Made by a program: the position numbers and the translations under genes. This document shows positions 19,150-29,609 of a stretch of DNA of 64,000 nucleotides, piece after piece. The stretch lies in assembly GCA_047602405.1 (NCBI GenBank), contig JASGHJ010000001.1, positions 352,001 through 416,000 on the forward strand, written 5' to 3'. This DNA is from Anaeromyxobacteraceae bacterium. GTDB taxonomy: Bacteria > Myxococcota > Myxococcia > Myxococcales > Anaeromyxobacteraceae. Each line of letters begins with the position of its first letter. The first letter of the stretch is position 1. The notes beneath the pieces are model-generated. The model was not told the origin of the DNA, did not search any database, and was given only the letters and a program-made list of their open reading frames with translations.

Positions 19150-22100
19150 ATGCACGATCTCGACGCCGCGAAGCTCCCGCAGCCCTCGGCAGCACCGCTC
19201 GATCAGGAGGTCGACCGCGCCCTCGCGGCGCGCGTGGACGAGGCGCGACAGCTGTCGCACTGGCTCACCGCCTCCGCCCCGGACCTGTTCCAGAGCACGC
19301 TGCGCGAGGACGCGCCGCTCCTCGCCGCGCTCGCGGCCTCGCTGCCGCGCCTCCGGAGCGACGCGAAGGTCGTGCTGGTCGACCGCCCGGACGAGCTGCT
19401 CCTCGCGCGCCTCGACCGGCCCGGCTCGGTGTTCGAGACGCTGCAGGGCATCGAGCACCGCGAGATCTCGGCCTCCGAGATCCTCCACTCCGAGTCGCCG
19501 GTCCCCGGCGCCGACCAGCCGCTCGAGATCCACCGCTACGCCTTCGCGCACGGCGCGATTGAGGCCGCGCCCGAGCTGCCGCCCGTCTCGCCCGAGCTCG
19601 ACGCCGCGCTCGCGGCGCTCGCGGACGGCGCGCCCGTCACCCGCGAGGCGCTCGACGAGGCGCTCGCGCTCGTCCGCGTCGAGAACGAGCGGCAGGTCCG
19701 CCGCGCGCCGCCCGCCGAGATCGCCCGGCTCACCGCGGCCCTCGTCCGCTGCCGCGCGCAGGGCGGCTTCCTCCTCGACGTGATCCCGCCGGAGGGCAAG
19801 GGCGAGTACCCGAGCGTGCTGTTCGCCGTCGCGAACCCGCCGCCGCGCGGCTACCTCATGCAGGTCACCGAGGTGATGAACGCGCTCGACCTCGGCATCC
19901 GCCGCTCGCTCGCGTTCTCGGCGACGGTGGACGGGCAGCGCCACTTCCTCGCGGTGTTCCGCGTGGAGGACCGCAAGGGCGGCCCGCTCCCCGCCGACGG
20001 CGCCACCTTCAAGCAGCTCCGCCGCGAGATCTTCGCCACCGCGCTCGTGCCGGCGGACGGCCAGACCTACAAGGACTTCGTGCTCCCGCGGGTGATGCGG
20101 ATCGAGGACGCCAGCCTGGTGCGGGCGATCATCGGCTTCTCGCACACGACCTGCTCGCACAACCAGGGCGACCGCTACACGCACGAGGACGTCGTCCGGG
20201 CGTTCCACTTCCACCCCGAGATGACGCTGCGCCTCGTGCAGCTCTTCAAGACGCGCTTCGACCCCGCGCTCTCGAACCGGGAGTCGCGCTGGAAGAAGGA
20301 GCTGAAGGAGGTCGAGCACGAGGTCGCCGCCCACAACACCGGCCACCGCCTCCTCGACGAGTTCCGCCGCTCGCTCTTCCGCACCGCGGTGCTGTTCGTG
20401 AAGCACTGCCTCAAGACGAACTTCTTCGTCGACGAGAAGCAGGCGCTCGCGTTCCGGCTCGACCCGAGGTACCTCGACGAGCTCGGCCCCGACTTCACCG
20501 GCGACCTCCCGCCCGAGCGGCCGTTCCGGGTCACCTTCTTCTCCGGCCGGCACGGCCTCGGCTACCACATCGGCTTCGCCGACATCGCGCGCGGCGGCTG
20601 GCGCACCATCATCGCGAGCGACCGCGACGACTACGTCACGGTGGCGAACCGGGTCTTCCGCGAGAACTACGTCCTCGCCCACACCCAGCACCTCAAGAAC
20701 AAGGACATCTACGAGGGCGGCTCGAAGCTCGTGGCCATCCTGCACCTCCCCGCGCGCTCCGACGCGCCGGGCGGCCGCGCCCTCCTCCTCGCGCAGCTGC
20801 AGCGCGCGTTCATGAACGCGTTCCTCGACGTGTTCGTGACGAAGGGCGGCAAGGCCGCCGACCCGCGCGTCGTCGACTACTACCGCCAGGACGAGCCCAT
20901 CGAGCTCGGCCCGGACGAGAACATGCCGGACACGATGATCGAGGAGGTGGCGGCCCTCTCCGAGCGGCGCGGCTACATCCTCGGGCGCGGCGTGATGTCG
21001 TCGAAGAAGGTCGGCATCAACCACAAGGAGTTCGGCGTCACCTCGACCGGCGTGCTCGCGATGGCGGAGATCGCGATGCGCGAGGCGCTCCGGATCGACA
21101 TGCGCAAGGACGCCTTCAGCGTGAAGCTGACCGGCGGCCCGAACGGCGACGTCGCCGGCAACGCGATGCGCCTCCTCCTCGAGCGCTGCCCCGGCGTCGC
21201 GATCAAGCTCATCATCGACGGCACCGGCGTCATCTTCGATCCGCAGGGACTCGACCACGCCACGCTCTCGAAGATCGTGCTGAAGGAGGACGCCGAGGGC
21301 TACGACCCCGAGGGCCTCCACCCCGGCGGCTTCGTCCTCTACCGCAACCAGCGGAAGGCCGACGGCCTGCGCCAGCTGCACCGGCGCATGGACATGACCG
21401 ACGCCGGCCCGAAGGAGAGCTGGGTCACCCTCGACGAGTTCCACGAGGCGTTCGACAACCTCGTCTTCACCGTCCCCGCCGACCTCTTCATCCCCGCCGG
21501 CGGCCGGCCCGAGACCATCGACGCCGGCAACGCCGAGAAGTTCCTGCTCCCGGACGGCAAGCCCTCCTCGCCGGTCATCGTCGAGGGCGCCAACTCCTTC
21601 ATCACGCCCGACGGGCGCAAGCGCCTCCAGGCCGCGGGCGCGGTGCTGCTCCGCGACGCCTCGGCGAACAAGTGCGGCGTCATCTCGTCGTCCTACGAGA
21701 ATCATCGGCAACCTGCTCTTCGACGAGAAGGAGTTCCTCGCGAACAAGCCGGAGTACGTGCGCGACGTGCTCGAGATCCTCGAGCGGCGCGCCGTGGACG
21801 AGGCGACGGTGATCTTCCGCCGGCACCGCGAGGCGGCCGGGAAGAAGCTCTACACCGAGATCTCCGAGGCCCTGTCGGTCGAGATCAACCGGCACAAGGC
21901 GCGGCTCTTCACGCACTTCGAGGAGAACCCGCGCCGCCACCTCGAGAGCCCGTGGCGCGAGGTGCTGCTCGCGCACCTGCCCAGGATGGTGAAGGAGAAG
22001 GCCTCCTTCCGGAGCCGGCTCTCGCGCCTGCCGTCGAAGTACCGCTCGGCGATCCTCGCCGCGGAGCTCGCGACGTCGCAGGTGTACCGGAAGTCGCTCG

Positions 22101-22363
22101 AGCCGGACTTCGACGCGGCGCTGACGGCGTACGCGACGGCGATGTTCCCGTCGGAGGCGGAGCAGATCGCGGCCGCGACGGCGCCGGCCGCCCCGGCGGC
22201 GAAGGCGCCGGTCGCCGCGAAGGCGGCGAACGAGCCGCAGCGGCGGCCGCCCGCCGCGAAGGCGCCGGCGAAGGCGGCCCGCAAGCCGGCCCCCGCGAAG
22301 AGGGCGAAGGCGCCGAAGGCCACGAAGGCGCCGGCGAAGAAGGCGGCGAAGAAGCGCCGCTAG
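19150..22363 (+). CDS. Large NAD-specific glutamate dehydrogenase (GDH2-like); one-base insertion at about 21700
   Basis: GGAGG RBS; DIARGGWR, KNKDIYEGGSK, LGPDEN, GINHKEFGVTS, TGGPNGDVAGN, EGANSF, ANKCGVISSSYE. Removing one A in GAATC (21699-21703) restores SYEIIGNLL and joins ORF 21758..22363 (1071 codons). Confidence 0.88.
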
Positions 22364-22409
22364 CCGACGGTCGGGCGCGGCAGCGCCAGCGTGCCGCGCC
22401 CGAGCCCCG

Positions 22410-22970
22410 CTACTTCGCGGCCGGCTGGTCCGGCGCGCCGTCCATCGGCATGTCGCCCCAGCCCCCCTCGATCATCCCCTTCGCCTTCCACTCGCCGCCC
22501 TTGCGGACGAGGACGAGGCCGCTCGTGCCGGACACGGCCTTCGGGCCCATCTTCATGGTCCAGCCCGAGCCGACGATCGCGAGCGAGTCGGAGATGAGCA
22601 CGATGGTCCGCTTGCCGGGCTTCATCGCGTCGGGCGGCGAGGGCTGCGCGTAGAAGGGCTTCATCACCTTCGTCCACTGCTCGCGGCTCCAGACGTCGCC
22701 GCCGCCCTCGCCCTTCGAGTCGTCGGTGACCATCAGGACCGGGAAGTCGACGAGCGCGGCGGCCCCCTCGAGGTCGGCCTTCTGGCTCGCGGTCTCCATC
22801 TTCTTCAGCATCGCCTCGATCTCCTGGCGATCCTTCTTCTCGTTCTTCACGACGGGCGGCTTCCAGCCGGCCATCGGGTCGGCGCCGCCGGCGGCGGGCT
22901 TGTCCTCGGCGAGGGCGGGGAAGGCGAGCACGAGCGAGAGGGCGAGGGTGAGGCGGAGGGGCGTGATCAT
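22410..22970 (-). CDS. Secreted NTF2-like (DUF4440-type) protein
   Basis: Signal peptide MITPLRLTLALSLVLAFPALA; C-terminal LVLVRKGGEWK typical of the NTF2-like fold. Confidence 0.7.
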   Translation of the reverse strand: MITPLRLTLALSLVLAFPALAEDKPAAGGADPMAGWKPPVVKNEKKDRQEIEAMLKKMETASQKADLEGAAALVDFPVLMVTDDSKGEGGGDVWSREQWTKVMKPFYAQPSPPDAMKPGKRTIVLISDSLAIVGSGWTMKMGPKAVSGTSGLVLVRKGGEWKAKGMIEGGWGDMPMDGAPDQPAAK

Positions 22971-23101
22971 GGGGGCTCCCGGGGAGGCGGTGGATTCGGT
23001 GCGCAGCGATCCTCGGCGCCCGCCGCGCCGCGCGCGCCGACCGGGTGGGGCGTCCCCCGCGCGGGCCCGCCCCCTCGCCTCCGGGGCCGCCGGACGGCCC
23101 C

Positions 23102-24100
23102 CTACGCCCGGGGGTGCTCCGCCCACCGCCGCGCCAGCACCGCGCAGACCATCAGCTGGATCTGGTGGAAGAGCATGAGGGGCAGCACCATCGGCCCCAC
23201 CACGGCGGGCGGGAAGAGGACGTTCGCCATGGGCACGCCGGTCGCGAGGCTCTTCTTCGAGCCGCAGAACACGATCGCGATCTCGTCCGGCCAGGAGAAG
23301 CGCAGCCGGCGCGCCGCCTCGCGGGTCGTGAAGATCATGACCGCGAGGAGCACGCAGGACACCGCCGCCATCGCGAGGAGCCCGCCCGGCGTGAGGCGGC
23401 TCCAGAGCCCCTGGTTCACCGCCTCGCTGAACGCGCCGTAGACGACCATCAGGATCGTGCCGCGGTCGGTGTACGCGTTGAGCTGCTTGTGGCGCTCGAC
23501 CCAGCGCGCGGTGAGCGGCCGCGAGAGGTGCCCGGCGAGGAACGGCGCGAGGAGCTGGAGCGCGATGGAGCGGATCGAGTCGAACGACACACCGCCGCCG
23601 GAGGCGCCCATCAGCACGCCCACCAGCACCGGCGTGAGGACGACGCCCGCGAGGCTCGACATCGTCGCCGAGCAGATGGCGGCCGGCACGTTGCCGCCCG
23701 CGATGGACGTGAACGCGATCGACGACTGCACCGTGGACGGCAGGCACGCCAGGTAGAGGACCCCGAGCGCGAGCGGCCGGGGCAGGATCGACTCGGGCAG
23801 CTGCATCGCGAGGACGCCGAGCAGCGGGAAGAGCACCCAGGTCGCCGCCGACACCACGAGGTGCAGCCGCCAGTGCACGAGGCCGGCGATGACCGCCGCC
23901 GTCGAGAGCCGCGCGCCGTACAGGAAGAAGAGGAGCGCGATGGCCGCGACGGTGGCCTGGTGGAACCCGTGCGCGAACGCGCCGCTCGCCGGGAGGAAGG
24001 ACGCGAGCGCGACGACCGCGACGAGGAGCAGCGTGAAGCTGTCGGGGCGCAGGCGCGACCAGGTCGCCGAGGCTGCCGCAGGGCTCGCCGAGGGGGGCAC
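23102..24100 (-). CDS. Bile acid:sodium symporter family protein (YfeH-like)
   Basis: LFFLYGARLS, LPSTVQSSIAFTSIAGGNV, FCGSKKSLATGVPMA, LPLMLFHQIQLMVC. Confidence 0.93.
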   Translation of the reverse strand: MPPSASPAAASATWSRLRPDSFTLLLVAVVALASFLPASGAFAHGFHQATVAAIALLFFLYGARLSTAAVIAGLVHWRLHLVVSAATWVLFPLLGVLAMQLPESILPRPLALGVLYLACLPSTVQSSIAFTSIAGGNVPAAICSATMSSLAGVVLTPVLVGVLMGASGGGVSFDSIRSIALQLLAPFLAGHLSRPLTARWVERHKQLNAYTDRGTILMVVYGAFSEAVNQGLWSRLTPGGLLAMAAVSCVLLAVMIFTTREAARRLRFSWPDEIAIVFCGSKKSLATGVPMANVLFPPAVVGPMVLPLMLFHQIQLMVCAVLARRWAEHPRA

Positions 24101-24129
24101 GGCGCGAGCTTAGCGCAGGACGGCCGGGC

Positions 24130-25128
24130 TCAGGGCCCCAGCCACTCCGGGTTCTGGGTGGTCCCGTCGTACTCCTCGGTGGTCTTGTACCGCTCGCTCG
24201 CGCCGGACTCCGCCGCCGGCGCGGTCCGGGCGAGGAGCGCGTTCACCTCGTCCTCGCTCATGGGCGTGAAGCCGCGCGCGGCGCGGAGCGCCTGGTCCAC
24301 CCGGTCGAGCGCGTCGCAGCCGGTGAGCGTGAGGCCCACCGGGAGGCTCATCGCGTAGCGCAGGCACTCCTCGGCGCTCGCGATGCCCTCGTAGACGATC
24401 CGGCCGTCGGCCATGGGCTTCATGCCGATGACGCCGATGCCCTCCGAGACGAGCCGCGGCAGCACCCGCTTCTCGAACGAGTCGTGGTGCGCGTCGAGCA
24501 CGTTGAGCGGCATCTGCACGGTGTCCCACCGGAAGCCGGCCTGGGCGGAGGCGTCGAGCATCGCGAGGTGCCAGCGCGGCGACTTGTGGCCGGTGAAGCC
24601 GAGGAAGCGGACCTTTCCGACGTCGCGCGCGGCGAGGAGCGCCTCGAGCGCGCCGCCCGGCGCGAGGATGCGGCCGGGGTCGGACTCGCGGATGACCTCG
24701 TGCATCTGGAGGAGATCGAGGTGATCGGTGCCGAGGCGCTGGAGCGACTCGTCGAGCTGGCGGGCCGCGGTGTCGCGGTCGCGGCCGTCGACCTTGCTCA
24801 TGAGGAAGACCCGGTCGCGGTACCCGTCGCGGAGCGCCCGCCCCATGCGCCGCTCGCTCTCGCCATCGTTGTAGTCCCAGCAGTTGTCGAGGAAGTCGAT
24901 GCCGCCGTCGATGGCGGTGCGGACGATGCGGACCGACGCGTCGGCGCTCGCCTGCAGGCCCATGTGGTAGCCGCCGAGGCCCACGATCGACACGCTGGCG
25001 CCCGTGCGGCCGAGCTTGCGGTGCGGGAGCAAGTCGCCCTCCCCTCTCCCGCCGCCCTTGCCGCCGTCCCCGCACGCCGTGGTGACCGTCATGGCAGCCG
25101 CGAGGCGGAAGAAGTCGCGCCGGGTCAT
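24130..25128 (-). CDS. Aldo/keto reductase with Tat-like signal (start could be GTG at 25146)
   Basis: RKLGRTG..VSIVGLGG, DNCWDYNDGESE, SLQRLGTDHLDLLQMH, GKVRFLGFTGH; N-terminal TRRDFFR. Confidence 0.9.
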   Translation of the reverse strand: MTRRDFFRLAAAMTVTTACGDGGKGGGRGEGDLLPHRKLGRTGASVSIVGLGGYHMGLQASADASVRIVRTAIDGGIDFLDNCWDYNDGESERRMGRALRDGYRDRVFLMSKVDGRDRDTAARQLDESLQRLGTDHLDLLQMHEVIRESDPGRILAPGGALEALLAARDVGKVRFLGFTGHKSPRWHLAMLDASAQAGFRWDTVQMPLNVLDAHHDSFEKRVLPRLVSEGIGVIGMKPMADGRIVYEGIASAEECLRYAMSLPVGLTLTGCDALDRVDQALRAARGFTPMSEDEVNALLARTAPAAESGASERYKTTEEYDGTTQNPEWLGP

Positions 25129-25212
25129 GCCCGGGAAGGTGGGCACGGACCGTGAGGGCGGCTGCGCCGGACTCCCGCCAACGCTGCGCTCGACGTCCCG
25201 GTGGAGCTGGCC

Positions 25213-26307
25213 CTACCCCACCGCCGCCGCGACGAGCCGCTCGAACGGCGCGGGCGCCGAGGCGGCGAGCCCGAGCACGCGGCGGCGCAGCCCCGGCCGG
25301 CGCAGCAGCCCCAGCATCGCGCGCGTGTAGGCCCAGTACGGCAGGAACCGGCAGCGCCAGGCGACCTCGTACCCGCGCAGCGCGTCCCGGGTCGCGCCCG
25401 CGGCGAGCACGCCGGGCAGCATCCCCGCGAGATCGACCGCGCAGCCGAGCGCGAGCGAGATGCCCTCTCCGGTCGCCGCGTCGAGGTAGCCCGCGGCGTC
25501 GCCGAGGAGGACGAGGCGGTCCGCCGTGCGGGCGGTGGCCGCGCGCGCGAGGGGCCCGGCGCCGCGAGACATCGAGTCGAGCTGGGCCCCCGAGAGCGCG
25601 GCCTCGAGCGCGGGGAAGCGCGCGAGCAGCGTGTCGAAGGAGACCACCCCGGTGCGGGCCGGCTCGAAGAGGAACGCGACGCCCACGCGCCGCGCGCCCG
25701 CGGGCGTGACGTACGCCTCGACCCCGTCTCCGAGGTGGACCTCGACCGCCTCCGACCACGGCGGCAGGGCGAAGTGGCGGCGCAGCCCGAAGCGCTGCGG
25801 GGTCCCGGGCAGCGGCCGGTCGAGCCGGGCGCGCCTGCGGGTCGGCGAGCCGAGGCCGTCGGCCGCCACGAGCAGCCGGCCCGCGTACACACGCCTCCCC
25901 GTCTCGACGACCATCCGGTCGGGCTCGCGGCGGTGCGAGACGACGGCCTCGTCGTCGACCACCTCGACGCCGGCCCGGCGGGCCTGCTCGGCGAGCGCCG
26001 CCGAGAGCGCCAGCCTTCGCACGCCCAGCCCACCGGGCGCCGGGAGCGCGACGCGCGCGACGGTCCCGTCACCGTCGATCCAGCGGAGCTCCCGGATCGG
26101 GGCGGCGTCCACCGGGTCGAGGAGCACGCCCAGCTCCCGGAGCACCCGGACGCCGCCCGGGAGCACGCCCTCCCCGCACGCCTTGTCCACCGGGAGGGTC
26201 CGTCGCTCCAGCACGGTGACGGCGTGGCCCCGCCGCGCCGCCGCGAGCGCGAAGGCGAGCCCCGCGGGGCCGCCGCCCACCACGACGGCGTCGCGGACGG
26301 CGTTCAT
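25213..26307 (-). CDS. FAD-dependent oxidoreductase/monooxygenase (FtpE-like)
   Basis: DAVVVGGGPAG, DKACGEG, VAADGLGS, LGDAAGYLDAATGEGI; GGAGG RBS; last gene of the PKS operon. Confidence 0.88.
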   Translation of the reverse strand: MNAVRDAVVVGGGPAGLAFALAAARRGHAVTVLERRTLPVDKACGEGVLPGGVRVLRELGVLLDPVDAAPIRELRWIDGDGTVARVALPAPGGLGVRRLALSAALAEQARRAGVEVVDDEAVVSHRREPDRMVVETGRRVYAGRLLVAADGLGSPTRRRARLDRPLPGTPQRFGLRRHFALPPWSEAVEVHLGDGVEAYVTPAGARRVGVAFLFEPARTGVVSFDTLLARFPALEAALSGAQLDSMSRGAGPLARAATARTADRLVLLGDAAGYLDAATGEGISLALGCAVDLAGMLPGVLAAGATRDALRGYEVAWRCRFLPYWAYTRAMLGLLRRPGLRRRVLGLAASAPAPFERLVAAAVG

Positions 26308-26329
26308 GGCCGCCTCCGGCGAACGGGGC

Positions 26330-28087
26330 TCACGGCGCCCTCCACCGGGCGACCGCCGAGCGGGCCATCGCGCCGAGGAGCGCGAGCGCCCCGCCCCGGC
26401 CCGGCGGCGCGAGCCCGCCGGCGACCATCCGCCGGAGCGCCTCCTGGCGGCGGAGCTTCCCGGAGGACGTGCGCGGCAGCGTGCCGGGCGCGAGCACGCG
26501 GATCTCGCGGGGCGCGATGCCGGTGCGCTCGGTGACGGCGTGCCGGATGGCGTCGGCGAGGGCGGCGTCCGGGGCGCGCGCCTCGCGGGCGCGCTCGGCG
26601 AGCACCACCAGCCCCTCGCCCTGCCCGTCGTCGTGGCCGAGCGCGACCGCGCAGCCGGGGCGCAGGCCATCGACGCCGTCCAGCGCGGCCTCGAACTCGT
26701 CGGGCGCGTGGTTCGCGCCGCGCACGATGACGACGTCCTTCGCACGGCCGTGGACGTGGAGCGCGCCGTCCGCGACGAAGCCGAGGTCGCCGGTGTCGAG
26801 CCAGCCGCCGGCGAGCGCGCGGGAGGTGCCCTCCGGATCGCCGAGGTAGCCCGCGAGGAGCGAGGGCCCGCGCACGAAGATCCGCCCGAGCCGCCCCTCG
26901 CCCGCCAGGCCCGCCGTGCCCCGCCCGTCCTGCGCCTGGACGCGCACCTCCACCTCGACGCCGGGCACCGGCGTGCCGACCGGGACGATCTCGCGGCTGC
27001 CCGGCGCGAGCACGCCGTCGCGCGCGAGGCGCACCGCGTCCACGCGGCGCCCCTCCAGCGGCCGGCCGCGGCGGGAGAAGGTGACGGCGAGCGTCGCCTC
27101 GGAGAGCCCGTACACCGGGACGAGCGAGGCGGGGTCGAGGCCGTGCGGCGCGAAGCGCGCGGCGAAGCGGCGGAGCGCGTCGCCGGAGACCGGCTCGGCG
27201 CCGTCGAGCGCGAAGCGCCAGGACGCGAGCGAGCACCCCTCGAGGTCGGCGTCGCGCACGCGGTCGGCGCAGTAGGCGAAGGCGAAGCTCGGCGCGGGCG
27301 AGAGCGTGCCGCGGTGCCGGGCCACCGCGCGCAGCCAGAGCGCCGGCCGCGCGAGGAAGTGCTCCGGCGCGACGAGCGCGAGCGGACCCGGCCAGGAGAC
27401 CGCGCCCAGCAGGGCGCCCACGAGCCCCATGTCGTGGTAGAGCGGCAGCCAGGAGACCATCGCGTCGCGATCCGAGGGATCGACCTCGTGCTGCAGCGCG
27501 GTGATCTGCGCGGTGAGCGCCGCGTGTCTCAGCGCGACCGGCTTCGGGTCGACCGTCGAGCCGCTCGAGAACTGCACGAGCGCGAGGTCGCCGGGCGCGG
27601 CCTCCGGGATCGCCGGGGCCGGCCCCGCGAGGTCGGCCACGTCGGCGTCGCCGAGCGCGGGCGCGGCGCGGGCGATCGCCTCCCCGAGCACGCGGCGGAG
27701 CGCGCCGGAGGAGACCGCGAGCCGCGCGCCCGAGACGTGGAGCATCCGGGCGGTCGAGGTGGTGTATTCGTCGAGCCGGCCGAGGCGCACCGGCGGGTAG
27801 AGCGGCACCGGCACCGCCCCCGCGAGCCAGGCGCCGAAGAAGGCGTCCAGGAAGGCCGGCTCGGTCCGGAGCACGATCGCGACCCGATCGCCCGGCGCGA
27901 CGCCGCGCGCGGCGAGGCCGCCCGCGACCCCCTCCGCGCGCGCGAGCACCTCGCCCCACGGCAGGAAGGTCTCGCGCTCGTCCCGGCCGACGAAGGTCAC
28001 GCCGCTCGCGTGCGGCGCGGCCGCCCGGAGCGCGTGGACGAGCGTCGCGTGGCGCGGCGGCGGGAGCGGCGGGCCGGTGAGCCTCAC
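26330..28087 (-). CDS. Fatty acyl-AMP ligase (FtpD-like)
   Basis: [47 protein letters not shown]. Confidence 0.92.
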   Translation of the reverse strand: MRLTGPPLPPPRHATLVHALRAAAPHASGVTFVGRDERETFLPWGEVLARAEGVAGGLAARGVAPGDRVAIVLRTEPAFLDAFFGAWLAGAVPVPLYPPVRLGRLDEYTTSTARMLHVSGARLAVSSGALRRVLGEAIARAAPALGDADVADLAGPAPAIPEAAPGDLALVQFSSGSTVDPKPVALRHAALTAQITALQHEVDPSDRDAMVSWLPLYHDMGLVGALLGAVSWPGPLALVAPEHFLARPALWLRAVARHRGTLSPAPSFAFAYCADRVRDADLEGCSLASWRFALDGAEPVSGDALRRFAARFAPHGLDPASLVPVYGLSEATLAVTFSRRGRPLEGRRVDAVRLARDGVLAPGSREIVPVGTPVPGVEVEVRVQAQDGRGTAGLAGEGRLGRIFVRGPSLLAGYLGDPEGTSRALAGGWLDTGDLGFVADGALHVHGRAKDVVIVRGANHAPDEFEAALDGVDGLRPGCAVALGHDDGQGEGLVVLAERAREARAPDAALADAIRHAVTERTGIAPREIRVLAPGTLPRTSSGKLRRQEALRRMVAGGLAPPGRGGALALLGAMARSAVARWRAP

Positions 28088-28389
28088 GGGGCGGGCTTCC
28101 CGGCCGCCGCGGCCGCGAGCGGGAGCAAGGTCGCGTCGGCGCGCAGCACGACGAGGCGGGCGAGGTCGGCGAGCGTCCGGGTGCCGGCGGCGTCCTCCTC
28201 GGAGAGCACGATCCGGAAGCGGTCCTCGACCGCGACGACGAGCGAGAGGCGCTGCAGCGAGTCGAGCGCGGACGCGAGCGCCTCGCCGCGCTCGGCCGCG
28301 GCGAGCAGCGCGCCCTCGTCCTCGAAGGCGAGCGCCTCCTTGCCGATGCGGACGATCTCCAGGGCGACGGCGGTCTCGAGGGCGGTCAT
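28084..28389 (-). CDS. Acyl carrier protein (FtpC-like)
   Basis: [17 protein letters not shown] phosphopantetheine site; overlaps the PKS stop (TGATG) and the FAAL start (GTGA). Confidence 0.88.
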   Translation of the reverse strand: MTALETAVALEIVRIGKEALAFEDEGALLAAAERGEALASALDSLQRLSLVVAVEDRFRIVLSEEDAAGTRTLADLARLVVLRADATLLPLAAAAAGKPAP

Positions 28390-29456
28390 CACCACCTCAG
28401 GAGGACGAGCTCGGACGCGAAGCCCGGGCCCATCGCGGCGAGGACGCCCCAGTCGCCGGGGCGGGCCTCGGCGGCGTCGAGCGTGTCGCGGAGCACGAAG
28501 AGCACCGAGGCGGAGGAGAGGTTGCCGATCTCGCGCAGCGAGTCCCACGAGCGGCGCAGCGCCTCCGGCGGCAGCGCGAGCGCGGCCTGGAAGGCCTCGA
28601 GCACCTTCGGGCCGCCGGTGTGGGCGATCCAGTGGCGCACGTCCCGGCGCGCGAGGCCGTGCTCCGCGAGGAACGCGTCCACGTCCCGGCCGATGTTCGC
28701 GGCGACGACCTCCGGCACCTTCGCCGAGAGCACCACGCGGAAGCCGGTGTCGACGACGTCCCAGCCCATGACCCGCTCGGTGTCCGGGTAGAAGACCGAG
28801 CGGGTCGCGACGATGCGGGGCAGCTCCGGACGGCGCCCCCGCGCCCCGCCCTCGAGCACCACCGCCGCCGCGCCGTCGCCGAAGAGGCCGCTCGCGATGA
28901 CGTTCGTCATGGAGGCGTCGTCGCGCTGGAGCGTGAGCGAGCAGAGCTCCACCGAGAGCAGCACCGCGACCTCGCCCGGGTAGGCCCGCAGCCAGTCGGC
29001 GGCGCGGGAGAGCCCGGCCGCGCCCGCCATGCAGCCGAGGCCGAAGATGGGCGTGCGGCGGACCGAGGGCGCGAGGCGCAGCCGGTTCACGAGCCGCGCG
29101 TCGAGCGAGGGTGTCGAGACGCCGGTGACGGTGACGAAGAAGAGGTGGCCGACGTCGGCGGGGGCGAGGCCGGCTCGCGCGAGCGCCTCGGTGACCGCCG
29201 CCTCGCCGAGATCGGTGCCGACGCGGATGAAGGCGTCGTTGCACTTCTTGAACGTGTCGGTCGCCGGGTACTCCTGGAGCGGCAGCGCGAGGTGCCGGCC
29301 CTTCACCTGCGTCGCGCGGAACACGTCGGCGAGCCGCTCGACGTTGAAGTGCCGCTCGCCCCAGTAGGCGCGGAAGGCGGCGACGAGCGTCTCCTGGTCG
29401 ACGAAGTTCGGCGGAAGGGCGCGGCCGACGGAGCGGATGCTGGGGTGCTGGTCCAG
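28389..29456 (-). CDS. Type III polyketide synthase (FtpA/SrsA-like); start uncertain, possibly CTG
   Basis: Catalytic triad [37 protein letters not shown]. Confidence 0.93.
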   Translation of the reverse strand: MDQHPSIRSVGRALPPNFVDQETLVAAFRAYWGERHFNVERLADVFRATQVKGRHLALPLQEYPATDTFKKCNDAFIRVGTDLGEAAVTEALARAGLAPADVGHLFFVTVTGVSTPSLDARLVNRLRLAPSVRRTPIFGLGCMAGAAGLSRAADWLRAYPGEVAVLLSVELCSLTLQRDDASMTNVIASGLFGDGAAAVVLEGGARGRRPELPRIVATRSVFYPDTERVMGWDVVDTGFRVVLSAKVPEVVAANIGRDVDAFLAEHGLARRDVRHWIAHTGGPKVLEAFQAALALPPEALRRSWDSLREIGNLSSASVLFVLRDTLDAAEARPGDWGVLAAMGPGFASELVLLRW

Positions 29457-29575
29457 GGTGGGCTCCAGGCGCGAAGCAGGGTGTCCTTGAACCTTCCCAA
29501 CCGGGGGCCTGCGACGCAAGGTCCGGCGGGGGATGGCGGTGGATCCCGGCCATTTTCGGGCGGGTTGCACCTCGC

Positions 29576-29603
29576 TTGCCAAGCCCCCTTCCGGTCTTAC
29601 GTT
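29576..29603 (+). promoter_or_regulatory. Sigma-70-type promoter of clpB, probably leaderless
   Basis: TTGCCA-N16-TACGTT-N6-ATG; no Shine-Dalgarno sequence. Confidence 0.55.
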
Positions 29604-29609
29604 CCGCGC

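Noticed and set aside
29560..29585. Possible CIRCE/HrcA operator upstream of clpB (TTGCAC...TGCCAA)
   Set aside because: Does not match TTAGCACTC-N9-GAGTGCTAA in arm sequence or spacing.
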